Source of the DNA: an archaeon
GTDB lineage: Archaea > Asgardarchaeota > Thorarchaeia > Thorarchaeales > Thorarchaeaceae
Direction: 5' to 3'
Length of the DNA: 64,000 nucleotides
Assembly (NCBI GenBank): GCA_024276825.1
Contig: JAJRWI010000010.1
Span: 156,535-220,534 of the forward strand
In this document: in pieces, positions 1-10,224 of the stretch
Position numbering within the stretch: the stretch's first letter is position 1
How the letters are laid out: every line of letters starts with the position of its first letter
The notes under the pieces: generated by a model
The model's database searches: none
The model's input: only the letters and a program-made list of their open reading frames with translations
What the model was told of the DNA's origin: nothing
Made by a program: the position numbers and the translations under genes

Positions 1-120
1 TTGTAACTGCTTCCACGCTGTTTTCATGATGTCTGGGTTCTGTCATGGTTAAGGCTCAGAATGCGCCCCTTATAAAATTACTCATTGAGTAGTAAATACC
101 CATAATTGAGTATATCAGTA

Positions 121-588
121 TCAATAGCTATCAAGGATTTTTTGGATATGATCATGCAATCGTTCCTCGGGTGGCACAAACAACCTTCCGCGTTCTAGCA
201 TCCGCAACAAAAATCGTGTAGATTCGAGAAGATCAGGATTGATTCGCCATTCAGCCCATTCTATCCCCGAGTGAAGAGAGGTCCTGCTTAATACGAGCTT
301 GGAAGATATCAACTCATTAAGCCCATTTAGAATTGTCCCGATAGTTACCGCTCCTATTACTGGGCGTATCTCGCGTGCCACCCTCAGAAGTTCAGATGTG
401 CTCACCCAACCACCATTCTCGATAAGTAGTTTAAGGATCTTTGATCGGACTGGGTCGTTCTCAAGAACTCCTTTGAGGGGCGCAAGATTCGCCGGACGCG
501 AGGGGCGCTCATGTTCCCTTGGGCTCTCCCATGGCTCGAGAATCTTGTCAAATCGGATTTGTCGAAAGTCCATTGTGACATTCTCCAT
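121..588 (-). CDS. hypothetical winged-helix protein
   Basis: 155 aa; segment RSKILKLLIENGGWVSTSELLR...LNEL...LV resembles an ArsR/wHTH fold. Confidence 0.5.
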   Translation of the reverse strand: MENVTMDFRQIRFDKILEPWESPREHERPSRPANLAPLKGVLENDPVRSKILKLLIENGGWVSTSELLRVAREIRPVIGAVTIGTILNGLNELISSKLVLSRTSLHSGIEWAEWRINPDLLESTRFLLRMLERGRLFVPPEERLHDHIQKILDSY

Positions 589-682
589 GACCTTAGACAG
601 CGCAAGTTCATTTTAAACACAGTATTACATTGGTTGTGCGTCACAATTCACAACCCTTATCTTAGTTTACACACTAGAGAGA

Positions 683-1063
683 ATGATGACAACCCATAAC
701 CAGATTGAGAACTTATTCTCTCGAAGCTTTGAGAAACCATCAGACCTCTTATGTTGTGCATTTGGTCTGAAAAACAGTGAGATTGACACATATTTCTCAC
801 TACTATCAGGACCAAAGACTGTAGAGGAGATCAGGTCAGTTGTTGAATGCGATAGGAGTACAGTCCAGAGAGCACTGATGAAGCTACGAAACAAAGGTCT
901 TGTGGAAAGGGAGATTCGACATATCAAAAGAGGGGGCTACTACTATGTGTATAGAGCCCTATCTGCCGACGATGTACGAAGAATAATCCTTGACCTTCTT
1001 GAGAAGTGGTACCGCGAAACCAAAAAGTTATTGTTGGCCACATGGCCCGAGCAGCTTGAATAA
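683..1063 (+). CDS. TrmB-like HTH transcriptional regulator
   Basis: CAFGLKNSEIDTYFSLL..PKTVEEI...DRSTVQRALMKL..KGLVER...GGYYYVY is the typical archaeal short TrmB-type wHTH. Confidence 0.8.
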   Translation: MMTTHNQIENLFSRSFEKPSDLLCCAFGLKNSEIDTYFSLLSGPKTVEEIRSVVECDRSTVQRALMKLRNKGLVEREIRHIKRGGYYYVYRALSADDVRRIILDLLEKWYRETKKLLLATWPEQLE

Positions 1064-1093
1064 AACAGAAATCTTCAGGTTGGTAGATCAGCA

Positions 1094-1660
1094 ATGGACC
1101 TATTCCCACTACGAAAGAACACAGCAGCACTAGTGATACTAGCAATGTTAGCAGCACTTGGGATTCTCGTAAGATCATTCATTTCCATTCCCGTGGTACC
1201 AGGCCTTGTAGAACTGACTCCAGGATTCTTGTTCTCAATTCTTGGTGGCGTGATTGGAGGCGTGCCAGGGGGCGTGTTTGTCGGCGCCATCACGGGTCTT
1301 GGTGGAGCCCTGGCTGGAAATGAACCACCACTCTTACCAATGATTGGAAACATATTCCTTGGAGTCGGCGGGGGATATGCAATACATCTTGTCAAGGACC
1401 GCGACGGTTTCAAATATGCAACCATGGTAATTCTGGGGAGCGGCATAATAGGAGGATTCATTCCATCGGCCACAATATTCGCATCACTCACAGACTCATG
1501 GGAAGTGATTGTGGGTACCGCCGCAATCGATATGTTTCAGGGCTTCCTTTGGGGGTTCATAGCATTGATTTTGGAAAAGTGGGTGATCAGACCAGTTGTG
1601 GGTCATTACATTTATCGTCCCAGAGACGGTTCATTTGACGAACTGGAAGAAGGAAAATAG
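1094..1660 (+). CDS. ECF transporter S component
   Basis: 188 aa, about 6 TM; N-terminal LAMLAALG (AxxxA) and GVIGGVPGGVFVGAI pattern. Confidence 0.7.
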   Translation: MDLFPLRKNTAALVILAMLAALGILVRSFISIPVVPGLVELTPGFLFSILGGVIGGVPGGVFVGAITGLGGALAGNEPPLLPMIGNIFLGVGGGYAIHLVKDRDGFKYATMVILGSGIIGGFIPSATIFASLTDSWEVIVGTAAIDMFQGFLWGFIALILEKWVIRPVVGHYIYRPRDGSFDELEEGK

Positions 1661-1661
1661 A

Positions 1662-2312
1662 ATGGTAGACAAGAAAGTTGTAATTGACATCAAAAGAGAT
1701 CTCTTCGGGGCCAATGAGGAGGCCGCTTCAGAGAATGCTGAGATATTCAAAAAGCATGGTATAAAGTCAGTTGATATCATGGGCTCAGTAGGGACTGGAA
1801 AGACACACCTGATTGAGGCGTTGTGTGAGCGGCTCAAAGGCAAGTACAGGATTCTTATGCTTGCTGGAGACTTGGCCACCACAATTGATGCGGACAGGGT
1901 CGCCGCACATGGTGTTGACACCTTACAGATTAACACACAGACAGCATGCCATCTGGATGCCAGAATGATCAGGTACGCCTTGAATAATGTCGACCTCTCC
2001 AAGTATGATCTTGTCTTTATTGAGAATGTGGGAAATCTGATTTGTCCCGCAGGATACTCTCTCGGCGTTGATAAGAAGATAGTTGTTGTGAGTGTGACCG
2101 AAGGGCCATATATGATCAGAAAGCACCCATTAACAATTAAACGCGCAGATATGGTGGTCATCAATAAGATAGATCTTGCAGAGGCCCTAGAGTTTGATGT
2201 TGGTCATTTGATTGCTGATGTGAGAGAGGTGGATGCAAACATCCCTGTTGTTGCAGTCAGCTCAAAGACTGGCGAGGGACTTGATGGGTTGATCAATGTA
2301 TTAGATCTCTGA
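1662..2312 (+). CDS. hypB: hydrogenase nickel incorporation GTPase HypB
   Basis: Walker A GSVGTGKT, CHLDA, ENVGNLICPA, SVTEG, NKID; ATG at 1662 directly after the upstream stop. Confidence 0.92.
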   Translation: MVDKKVVIDIKRDLFGANEEAASENAEIFKKHGIKSVDIMGSVGTGKTHLIEALCERLKGKYRILMLAGDLATTIDADRVAAHGVDTLQINTQTACHLDARMIRYALNNVDLSKYDLVFIENVGNLICPAGYSLGVDKKIVVVSVTEGPYMIRKHPLTIKRADMVVINKIDLAEALEFDVGHLIADVREVDANIPVVAVSSKTGEGLDGLINVLDL

Positions 2313-2403
2313 ATATTAATCAATAACTGGACCATAATAGTCGTACTTTAGTTCAACAAAGCTATAAAATAGAGGAAGGGACATACTTGATTGAGAGATT
2401 GTA

Positions 2404-3456
2404 ATGAATAGGAAGACTGGGCTGATTATTGGAACCATTCTTGTCCTGGGCATTATAGTCGGTCTTAGAATGGTGAGCTTTGAGAATGTTGGAACCATAA
2501 CTGTTGGCGGACTTCAAAGAACATATCGAGTCTATGTTCCGGATTCACTTGATGAGAGCAGAGCTGCACCACTTATTATCGCGCTTCATGGTGGAGGAGG
2601 CTCTGGTAGGGGAATGATTGATCTAACACAGGGGGGCTTCAACACACTGGCTGATGAGAGCGGGTTCGTGGTTGTTTATCCAGATGCTGCTGAGAAAAAC
2701 TGGAATGATGGCAGAGGCATAGAGAGGTATCGCTCTCAGAGAGAGAATATTGATGATGTCGGGTTTATTTCCGCACTTATTGATAAGTTGGCGGACCAAT
2801 TGAACATTGACCTGAATCGTGTATATGTAATTGGGATGTCGAATGGAGCAATAATGAGTTTTCGTCTTGCATGCGAACTCTCAGACAAGATTGCTGCAAT
2901 CGCCCCCGTATGCGGCTCCATGCCAGAGAACTTCTCGGCAGTGTACACCGCTCAAAGGACAATGCCAGTCATGATGATCAATGGGATTGACGATCCTTTG
3001 GTTCCTTAGGAAGGTGGTAATATCACCTTTGGAGATTTGGATTTGGGGCGTGTCATATCAGTTCATAATGCAATTGACTATTGGGTACAGATCAATAACT
3101 GCTCAAGTGAACCGATAGTAACATGGGAGCCTGATAGAGATCCCAATGATGGCACACGAGTTTACAAAGAAATGTACTGCAATGGTACTAATGGAGCCGA
3201 AGTCGTCCTTTATGCAGTTGAGGGAGGGGGTCATACTTGGCCCAGCGGAAAGCAATACCTCCCTGAAAATGTAATTGGCAAGACATGTTATGATATTGAT
3301 GCGAACAAGTTGATATGGAGTTTCTTTAGTAGTTATTCGTTAGCCAGCACAGGTGAAACCAGACCATCCCAACCAAATTTGAGAGCTTTGACCTGTATGG
3401 ATTTCTCTCCCAGAGTCACTTTTGCGTGCATTGTTGTCTTTTCCGTAAAGAGTTGA
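2404..3456 (+). pseudogene. PHB depolymerase/LpqC-type alpha/beta esterase interrupted by one in-frame TAG (3007-3009)
   Basis: LHGGGG, GMSNG nucleophile elbow, DDPLVP*EGG, GGGHTWP; ORFs 2404-3009 and 3037-3456 are in the same frame. Confidence 0.8.
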
Positions 3457-3463
3457 ATCATGA

Positions 3464-4150
3464 TTAGTGACCAGCAGATTGAGTGAGTATCTTGACAAGA
3501 CGTTTCTTCACGCCTTCAATATGGCCTGCACCCAAAACTGCAACAATTGGCCCATCAACATCATTGAGAATTGAAAACAGCGCATTAGCAATATACTGGT
3601 CTCGCTGATGAATCAATGCATCATATATTGCAGGGAACTCTCGTTCAAACTCTTCAAGCATCGAGTCAACAGTTTTGCCATCTCTGAGGTTTGCTATGAA
3701 TCCCTGTGGCGAGTCCTGCAAGACTTCTGTGGCCTCGTCAAACATCCCCATAAATCGATATAATTCATCAAGGGGGACTCTCATGAGTGAGGCAGAGGTG
3801 TCTTGAATTGGTCGATCAATAAGGGCAATCTTCGCGCCAATGTCACGTCCAGCCTCTATGGCTGCCAACATTTCAGCACCTGCCTGAGAACCAGTCATAT
3901 CACCCAGTTGCTGTTCAAGCATCGCAATCTGAGTCATGAAATCAAGAGCGACATTACCACTGCTCTGTGGTGTTTCAACATGTGTGCCGTCTTGAGAGAC
4001 CAGTTGCTGGTAGCGCTCGTGGTCTAATTCAACTGCAACAACATCGGGTTTGATTTCCTGAATCTTCTGCTTTACCCGGTTTACACTTTCTTCATCAACA
4101 TGGATGACAGAAACAAAAACGACCCGGTCTAAATCATTTGAGTTCAACAT
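3464..4150 (-). CDS. TraB domain protein
   Basis: PDVVAVELD..RY, GAEM..A, LIDRPIQ, RDQY, VLGAGH. Confidence 0.88.
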   Translation of the reverse strand: MLNSNDLDRVVFVSVIHVDEESVNRVKQKIQEIKPDVVAVELDHERYQQLVSQDGTHVETPQSSGNVALDFMTQIAMLEQQLGDMTGSQAGAEMLAAIEAGRDIGAKIALIDRPIQDTSASLMRVPLDELYRFMGMFDEATEVLQDSPQGFIANLRDGKTVDSMLEEFEREFPAIYDALIHQRDQYIANALFSILNDVDGPIVAVLGAGHIEGVKKRLVKILTQSAGH

Positions 4151-4239
4151 GCTCAGTTAGACTTTGGGAGTTTCCAATTTTTGTCTTTCCATATGCATTG
4201 AGAGTTAATAGTAATACACAAAGAGTCAGGGAGGTTCTG

Positions 4240-4665
4240 TCATTTGACAAGAAGATGCTCATAGCCCAAGTCTTTCAGTACTTGGACATATACGGGATAA
4301 AGAGGCTTTATTTTTCCAATAAGACCAAGAACTTTTCTAATCGAGCCGTTCATCTTTATCTCGCCTTTTGCCATAGCGGTTGATGTCTTTAGCTTGCCTT
4401 GCCAAAACTTGTTTGTCACATCAGATTTGCTCCATACAGTAATGTCGGGCTCTGGTCCCAATCCATAGATTAGAACTCCTCGTTTGCCATCAGGCCCAGG
4501 ATTCTTGAGATCAATTGTTAGTTCCAAATCAGGCTGTTCGATAATGAATTTGGCTATAATTTCAGACTTGCAGAGCTTTTCGTAAACATCTTTCATAGCA
4601 ATGGCGCGAGACCAAAACGCATCAAAGACCTGTATCAATTGTTCTTTACTCTCGAAAAATACCAT
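4240..4665 (-). CDS. SCP2 sterol-carrier domain protein
   Basis: PDITV...FWQGKL..STAMAKGEIKMNG is the SCP2 signature. Confidence 0.85.
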   Translation of the reverse strand: MVFFESKEQLIQVFDAFWSRAIAMKDVYEKLCKSEIIAKFIIEQPDLELTIDLKNPGPDGKRGVLIYGLGPEPDITVWSKSDVTNKFWQGKLKTSTAMAKGEIKMNGSIRKVLGLIGKIKPLYPVYVQVLKDLGYEHLLVK

Positions 4666-4729
4666 TTACTTATCACCACAAGGTTGACTGAACGTTACAA
4701 TCTCAGGTAGGGTTGGTGATTCCCTCATT

Positions 4730-6310
4730 TCATTCATCACCTTGAGCGGTAATATAATGGCTTGAGTCAGACACACCATTAGGATCAAAGGCCGCCTTAA
4801 TTCTTCTTAGCCAACGAGGATAATTCATCGTTCTTTGACCAAAAATGTCATGGATCTTGTCACCAACAATGAAAAAAGGCATGCCAAGAGCCCTTTCAAG
4901 ATCAACCCTATTGCATTCATTCTGATATTCTGCATACCCCATACATGATTCTTTGTCTGCAGCATTATACACCGTGGGCACTTCTAAGTGGGCCATATGA
5001 TTTCCCTCATAGGTTGTGATCCAGATTCCCTCTCCACGATCATCACCAATGACACCCTTGTCAATGTACTTCTCTTTAACGGGCCGGTTTTCTTGAGCTA
5101 TCCGAACAGCTAAGGAGATGCAATCCATTCCTCCATGAGTGCTTTGAAAGCAATTAGAGAATCTAAACGCGTGCCCTCCAAGCATGTTTCGAATTGATTC
5201 TGCATAATGTGAGGGTCTTGGCGATATGTCCCCTGTTTCAATGAGGTCCTCCCCATCGTATTTCTCAATAATATGGCGGACCAGCTTATCACGATACTTG
5301 AACTCGCGCTCGGAGTGAGCAGCCACAAGTACAATGAAATACCGTTTTGCCTTTGCAAGAAGACCCGCGAAAATCACCTCTATTGCTTCCATCTTTGTGT
5401 CAGTGAATAGTGCTGCTAATCCCTCGGCGGATGAACTTGTTGCCATCATAACAGCATCTTGCCCAGTAAGTTCGTATAGTGCGTTTTCAAACTGTTCCCA
5501 TTCTTCAAAGTTCGGAACATATAATTTCCAAAATGGGGGCACTTTCCAGTCATAATGTGGGATGGTCCCACTGATTTCCCATTTCCAATCGGACGGAGCA
5601 GGGAAGGAATAGAGCTTTATTGCAGCCTTTGTAAAAACGCCAAGCCCACCATATGCCCCAAGCCAGCCCCGCATGATTCCACGCAGACTGAAGCCTGGAC
5701 CATCGCCAGAAAACCATTGCCCTGTCTGATCAAATGATCCAATTCGGAGAATATCGCCATTGGGAACCACCCACTCAGCTCCTAGTAGATTACGGTCACT
5801 ATGTCCTGTGTAGGGAGATGTAAATCCGGGCCCTGCGAAAGAGGTATGGCTTGCCAATGGAGAAGTCTGGGGTCCGGCCCCCTGTGCATGATGCATTAGT
5901 CCATATTTCAATAGTTCAGCCTGCAATTCTGCATTTGTGACATAGGGCTCTATTACAGCATACATGTTCTTGGCATTAATCTCAATAATTCGATTCATTC
6001 GGCGAAGGTCAATCAGGATTGATCTTGGTGATGAGATTCCAGCCCAAGCACCCATACCTGTGCTTATTGCTTTGAACTTCACATTATGCTCATTGCAAAT
6101 CCGTACGATTGCCTGTACTTCTTCGGTAGAAGCAGGAAGAACAACAGCTGCTGGTCGTTGACCGAACCGTGATGGCTCCTCCCCGCGCTGCGCACTCTCA
6201 ATCTCAAAGCCCCACTGGAAGGCATATGATTCAAGGATAGCGGGAGAACGTGTGATATTGCTATGGCCTACAATCGCCTCAAGGGCCCAGTATACATTGT
6301 CCTCAAGCAT
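4730..6310 (-). CDS. FAD-binding oxidoreductase (VAO/PCMH, GlcD-like)
   Basis: PAAVVLPASTEEVQAIV, IDLRRMNRI, GGLGVFTK, IKAAFDPNG. Confidence 0.88.
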   Translation of the reverse strand: MLEDNVYWALEAIVGHSNITRSPAILESYAFQWGFEIESAQRGEEPSRFGQRPAAVVLPASTEEVQAIVRICNEHNVKFKAISTGMGAWAGISSPRSILIDLRRMNRIIEINAKNMYAVIEPYVTNAELQAELLKYGLMHHAQGAGPQTSPLASHTSFAGPGFTSPYTGHSDRNLLGAEWVVPNGDILRIGSFDQTGQWFSGDGPGFSLRGIMRGWLGAYGGLGVFTKAAIKLYSFPAPSDWKWEISGTIPHYDWKVPPFWKLYVPNFEEWEQFENALYELTGQDAVMMATSSSAEGLAALFTDTKMEAIEVIFAGLLAKAKRYFIVLVAAHSEREFKYRDKLVRHIIEKYDGEDLIETGDISPRPSHYAESIRNMLGGHAFRFSNCFQSTHGGMDCISLAVRIAQENRPVKEKYIDKGVIGDDRGEGIWITTYEGNHMAHLEVPTVYNAADKESCMGYAEYQNECNRVDLERALGMPFFIVGDKIHDIFGQRTMNYPRWLRRIKAAFDPNGVSDSSHYITAQGDE

Positions 6311-7585
6311 CTATTCAACCCCCTCCAAGCTGTTCAATACAACCTCGGTCAAGTCCATGTATCGCATTTTCGACTCCCTAGATCTTATTGCATCCTGAAG
6401 GTTGGTGGAGCAAAATGGACATGTAGACACAAGTACGTCTGCGCCAGTGCTCTCGGCTTCAGCAACTCGTTCGCATGCGGCCCAGAGAGCAAATTCTGGA
6501 AATGCAGACTTCACACCACCGCCAGCACCGCAGCAATAGGCATATTCTCTAATTCGTTCCATCTCAACTAGCTTGACACCAGGAATCTTTTGTAGAATAT
6601 TTCTGGATGCGTCATATTCACCATCAGCACCCTGCCTTACAGGCTTTGGGGGGTCCCAGATGAAGACTTGTGATATCACCTCAATCTTCTCACCATCATA
6701 TGGCTTGTGGGGCTCTGACATTCGTCCCAGATGACAGGGATCATGATATGTCACGGAAACATGGAAGTCTTTGTTGAACTTGAGTTTACCATCATCAATG
6801 AGCTCATCTAAGACCTGCGAGATATGGAAGACCTCAAGGTCATGTTCAACATATCGAGGATATTCGGTCTTGAACATATTATAGCATCCAGCACAACTAG
6901 TGATGATTCGTTTGATTCCCTTTTTCTTGAAATCCGTGATGTTTTTCTTCATGATTTCAACTGCTCGGTCTAAGTCACCAACCCTATAGACCGGACTTCC
7001 GCAACACGTTTCATCGGTTCCCAGAACTCGAAAATTCACACCTGCAGCGCTTAAAACAAGAGCAGTTGCCCTTGCAATCTCCGGGCGTCTGTATGCTGTA
7101 GTGCACCCAACGAAATATACCGTGTTAGAATCAGGACTTGTATTAAGTTCAAGTCCATTAGACCAAATGGACCGATTATCAGTTGCTTCGCCATAGGGAT
7201 TGCCAACTCTGCTAACAAGTTCTATGTATTTCTGATGTTTTGGAAGAGGTCCAAGACCACATTCTACTGCTTTGACACGAAACTCATGTATCACTTCGTT
7301 TGGCTCAAGGTCATACACCCACTTGCATGATACTTCACAGCCCCCACAATTTGTACAGGCATAGAGAACATGCAACGCATCCGGGCCTAGTTCTATGCGT
7401 CCCTTGAGGTACGCATTAGCCAGAATCATACGACCGCCCCCAGAATAAGCATGAAAATTAAAGAACTCAATTGAGGGGCAGATATGAGAGAAGCGTTTAC
7501 TCCTAATTGCAATCTGAGGAATGAATTTGCATTTTGAGCATCGGACACAACTGTCCATCATTTCTTCCATTTCTTGTAGAGTCAT
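6311..7585 (-). CDS. Fe-S binding CCG-domain protein (GlcF/HdrD-like)
   Basis: CVRCSKC, CTNCGGCEVSC, CCG, YHDPCHLGR, CCGAGGG, CPFC. Confidence 0.9.
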   Translation of the reverse strand: MTLQEMEEMMDSCVRCSKCKFIPQIAIRSKRFSHICPSIEFFNFHAYSGGGRMILANAYLKGRIELGPDALHVLYACTNCGGCEVSCKWVYDLEPNEVIHEFRVKAVECGLGPLPKHQKYIELVSRVGNPYGEATDNRSIWSNGLELNTSPDSNTVYFVGCTTAYRRPEIARATALVLSAAGVNFRVLGTDETCCGSPVYRVGDLDRAVEIMKKNITDFKKKGIKRIITSCAGCYNMFKTEYPRYVEHDLEVFHISQVLDELIDDGKLKFNKDFHVSVTYHDPCHLGRMSEPHKPYDGEKIEVISQVFIWDPPKPVRQGADGEYDASRNILQKIPGVKLVEMERIREYAYCCGAGGGVKSAFPEFALWAACERVAEAESTGADVLVSTCPFCSTNLQDAIRSRESKMRYMDLTEVVLNSLEGVE

Positions 7586-9045
7586 TGATTCCCCCTCCCA
7601 AAACAGAGATATCCAGGATTCAGAATATTGTTGGGATCAAATATGCTCTTAACCTTGTAGTAGGACTCCACCATTGACTTTGATGCTTTTTCAAAGACCA
7701 TGTCTGATATTGCGCCGTAAGGCCGACTGAAGAATGCACCCAAGTCCAAGAGAAGTCTTGAGGCTGTTACTATGAAACGCTCTGTAGTTCTGACTTCTCT
7801 CTGATCTGAGGAATCATAGTAGATGTCAAATTCGCAGTGGGTATTAACACCCTGCACTATGGGCTGCAAATACACGCCTAGGTTATCAGTACTAGTTCCA
7901 TATTCACTTGCACATTTTTCGACTTTTGAAACATGAAACGGAGTCTGGTCCAATGTTGTAATGAAAAAGATCTTTTTGGATACCACAATCGACTGTGAAT
8001 TTCTGTCATTTTTGAGTGAAGAGTGTGTCAGAAGATGTTTCATTTTTTCGCCATGTATCTTGCCAAGAGCTGGTGCGAGTTCAATGCCATGCTTCTCTGC
8101 AAGTTCAAATGTTTCATCTCGCTTGTATTCGAACTCATCGAGAGGAATAGGACCAGTCCCAGACACGCCAGCAATCAGAATCCATTTTGGCAAGGAACTG
8201 CGAACTGTTTCACATCCATATGCATTTGACTCTACAATGTGTGACAGGTAAACATCATTCATGAGGAGGTGCTCATCTAAAAGCCGCCGACGAAGAATAC
8301 TGTATGAGAATTCAATCAGTGGATCGATTGTGTCGGAGCCTGCCATGTAAACTTCATGATATGTGGGAAGAGATTCACATTTGATAGTGCCCCAAGTGAC
8401 TATTCCAATTGTGCCTTGAGAGCCCTGAATCAGCCGATACGGATCAAACTGAGATGGGCCCATTGGGTTCTTCTGTGCCTGTCCAGATGACCATTGCTCC
8501 TCCAGAGAGCCAGGACCTGCCGCAGAACCTGTTCTGAACAAATCACCAGATCCAAAGACGACCTCTGTGCATAATAGCGGATCAGACGAGTCCCAATGAA
8601 ATCGTGGAATAGTGATAGGCACTCTATCCAAATATGCTGCAAGAACAGACTTTCCAGCACGCGGAAGAAGTGGCAAGAGGAGGCGCAGACCAGCAGATTC
8701 GAGCTTGGGAATAAGCAGTTCAAAAGTCACTCCGGGCTCTATCATAGCAACCCTGTTCTTCACATCAATGCGAAGAATGCGATTCATTTTGGAGAGATCC
8801 ATGATTATATACTCATGGCCTTTAATTCCTCGACTTGAGTGGTGAGGAAACCCTGAACTGATAGTATGAATTCGAAAGGACTTCTTGTTCGCAAGCTTGA
8901 TTATCTGCTGAATCTCATGCGATGAGGAGGGGTGTATGACACATGATGGCAATTCCATACCATGAGGAAATGTAAGATTGATTGTGCGAGAGAACGCATC
9001 ATCTCCCACAATTTCCTTGAGACGATTCAGAATGTCCGAGTTCAT
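7582..9045 (-). CDS. FAD-binding oxidoreductase (VAO/PCMH family), second subunit
   Basis: MDLSKMNRIL, EPGVT, GSQGTIGIVT, VKSIFDPNNILNPG. Confidence 0.88.
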   Translation of the reverse strand: MNSDILNRLKEIVGDDAFSRTINLTFPHGMELPSCVIHPSSSHEIQQIIKLANKKSFRIHTISSGFPHHSSRGIKGHEYIIMDLSKMNRILRIDVKNRVAMIEPGVTFELLIPKLESAGLRLLLPLLPRAGKSVLAAYLDRVPITIPRFHWDSSDPLLCTEVVFGSGDLFRTGSAAGPGSLEEQWSSGQAQKNPMGPSQFDPYRLIQGSQGTIGIVTWGTIKCESLPTYHEVYMAGSDTIDPLIEFSYSILRRRLLDEHLLMNDVYLSHIVESNAYGCETVRSSLPKWILIAGVSGTGPIPLDEFEYKRDETFELAEKHGIELAPALGKIHGEKMKHLLTHSSLKNDRNSQSIVVSKKIFFITTLDQTPFHVSKVEKCASEYGTSTDNLGVYLQPIVQGVNTHCEFDIYYDSSDQREVRTTERFIVTASRLLLDLGAFFSRPYGAISDMVFEKASKSMVESYYKVKSIFDPNNILNPGYLCFGRGNQ

Positions 9046-9591
9046 CTATTTTGCCTCTCTTTCTATTTCTTTTAGTTCATTACGAATGCAGGCCAGTTTT
9101 GCAAGCAAGATCTTCTTTCTATGAAGTAGAAGATTCTTTCTTAATGTCTGATCAGGAGTTTCTCTAATTGCCGAAATGATGGAGGATTCCGGGATTATGT
9201 CATCAATGCCTGACTCATAGAGGTGTTGAAGAAGAATTGTGATGAAAGTAGAAGGAAGCCGTTCAGCAGCAATTTTCATGAATCTATAGTTGAAAGTGAC
9301 ATAATCTCGAACTATCTCTTTCGAGTCCTGAACGAGAGCAATCCCTGAATCTGTCAATTCATAGAAGATGGTTCCTTCTACTTCTTTCCCCGTTATTAGC
9401 CCTCTTCGAACTAACGACTTCAATGCAGGATAGATTGTCCCTGTCTTTGGCATCCAGATCCCTTCAAAATCAGTATGGAGGTTGGAGAGAATCTCGTAGC
9501 CATATTTTGGCGATTCTAGCAACTGAATGAATATTAGAAGCTGAATGGGAGTTACTCTGCCGCCTGTGGGAAGAAAAGGCCTAATCTGCAA
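9046..9591 (-). CDS. PadR family transcriptional regulator
   Basis: PKYGYEI, GTIYPALKSL, YELTDSG; heads the oxidoreductase operon. Confidence 0.88.
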   Translation of the reverse strand: MQIRPFLPTGGRVTPIQLLIFIQLLESPKYGYEILSNLHTDFEGIWMPKTGTIYPALKSLVRRGLITGKEVEGTIFYELTDSGIALVQDSKEIVRDYVTFNYRFMKIAAERLPSTFITILLQHLYESGIDDIIPESSIISAIRETPDQTLRKNLLLHRKKILLAKLACIRNELKEIEREAK

Positions 9592-9754
9592 GTAAATACC
9601 TCTTGTAGTCCGTCATAGTAGAATTCTATATAGTAAGAGCCAACCAAGTATTAAGTCTGATGGGAAATGCAAGATTATAATGCAAAAAATTCTTGCTGTT
9701 GACTTGAAGAGATGAATTAGACACCGTTCATTGTAAATTGGACAAAGTTGGACA

Positions 9755-9898
9755 TTAGAGTCCTGTCCCTCCAGGAACGGCACTGGTCACGTGAATGATG
9801 TTTCTTGCCGCATTCACATCGGCATGGATATGATCGTCACATGCTGGACAATAGAAGTACTCTCCTCCCCTCTTCTCCACCTTCGAGTCAGGGTTCTC
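9755..9898 (-). pseudogene. tnpB: C-terminal remnant of TnpB (Zn ribbon half plus RuvC-III)
   Basis: A frame absent from the ORF track reads ENPDSKVEKRGGEYFYCPACDDHIHADVNAARNIIHVTSAVPGGTGL*; CPAC and ADVNAARNI are TnpB hallmarks. Confidence 0.88.
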
Positions 9899-10224
9899 AG
9901 TCCTGACCCCACATCTATGACTATTATTGACTGCGATTTGAACCTACGAATACACTCTGACACAAGACGTTGGACCTGTCGTTGCAGGTCCCCCGCGTTC
10001 CTCTGGCGATGGCTTGAGACCCTGGCATAGACCACACATCTTCTTTCAGCTGTTGATGGTGAAACTCCCCTTGTAATAGCAAGGAGTCTGTCCAGTTCGG
10101 AGGGGGTGATCCTTCTGTGGCCGCCTGGGGTGCGAAGGCAGTGTAGTCTTCCAGCAGCGTCCCATCTTCTGATGGTCTTGGGACACACACCCAGTCTGAT
10201 TGCTGCCTGCGATACCGAAAACAT
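9899..10224 (-). pseudogene. tnpA: IS607 serine recombinase TnpA, C-terminally truncated
   Basis: MerR-like HTH (AAIRLGVCPKTIRRWD...RTPGGHRR), YARVSS, DLQRQ, DVGSGL, then homology is lost. Confidence 0.9.
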
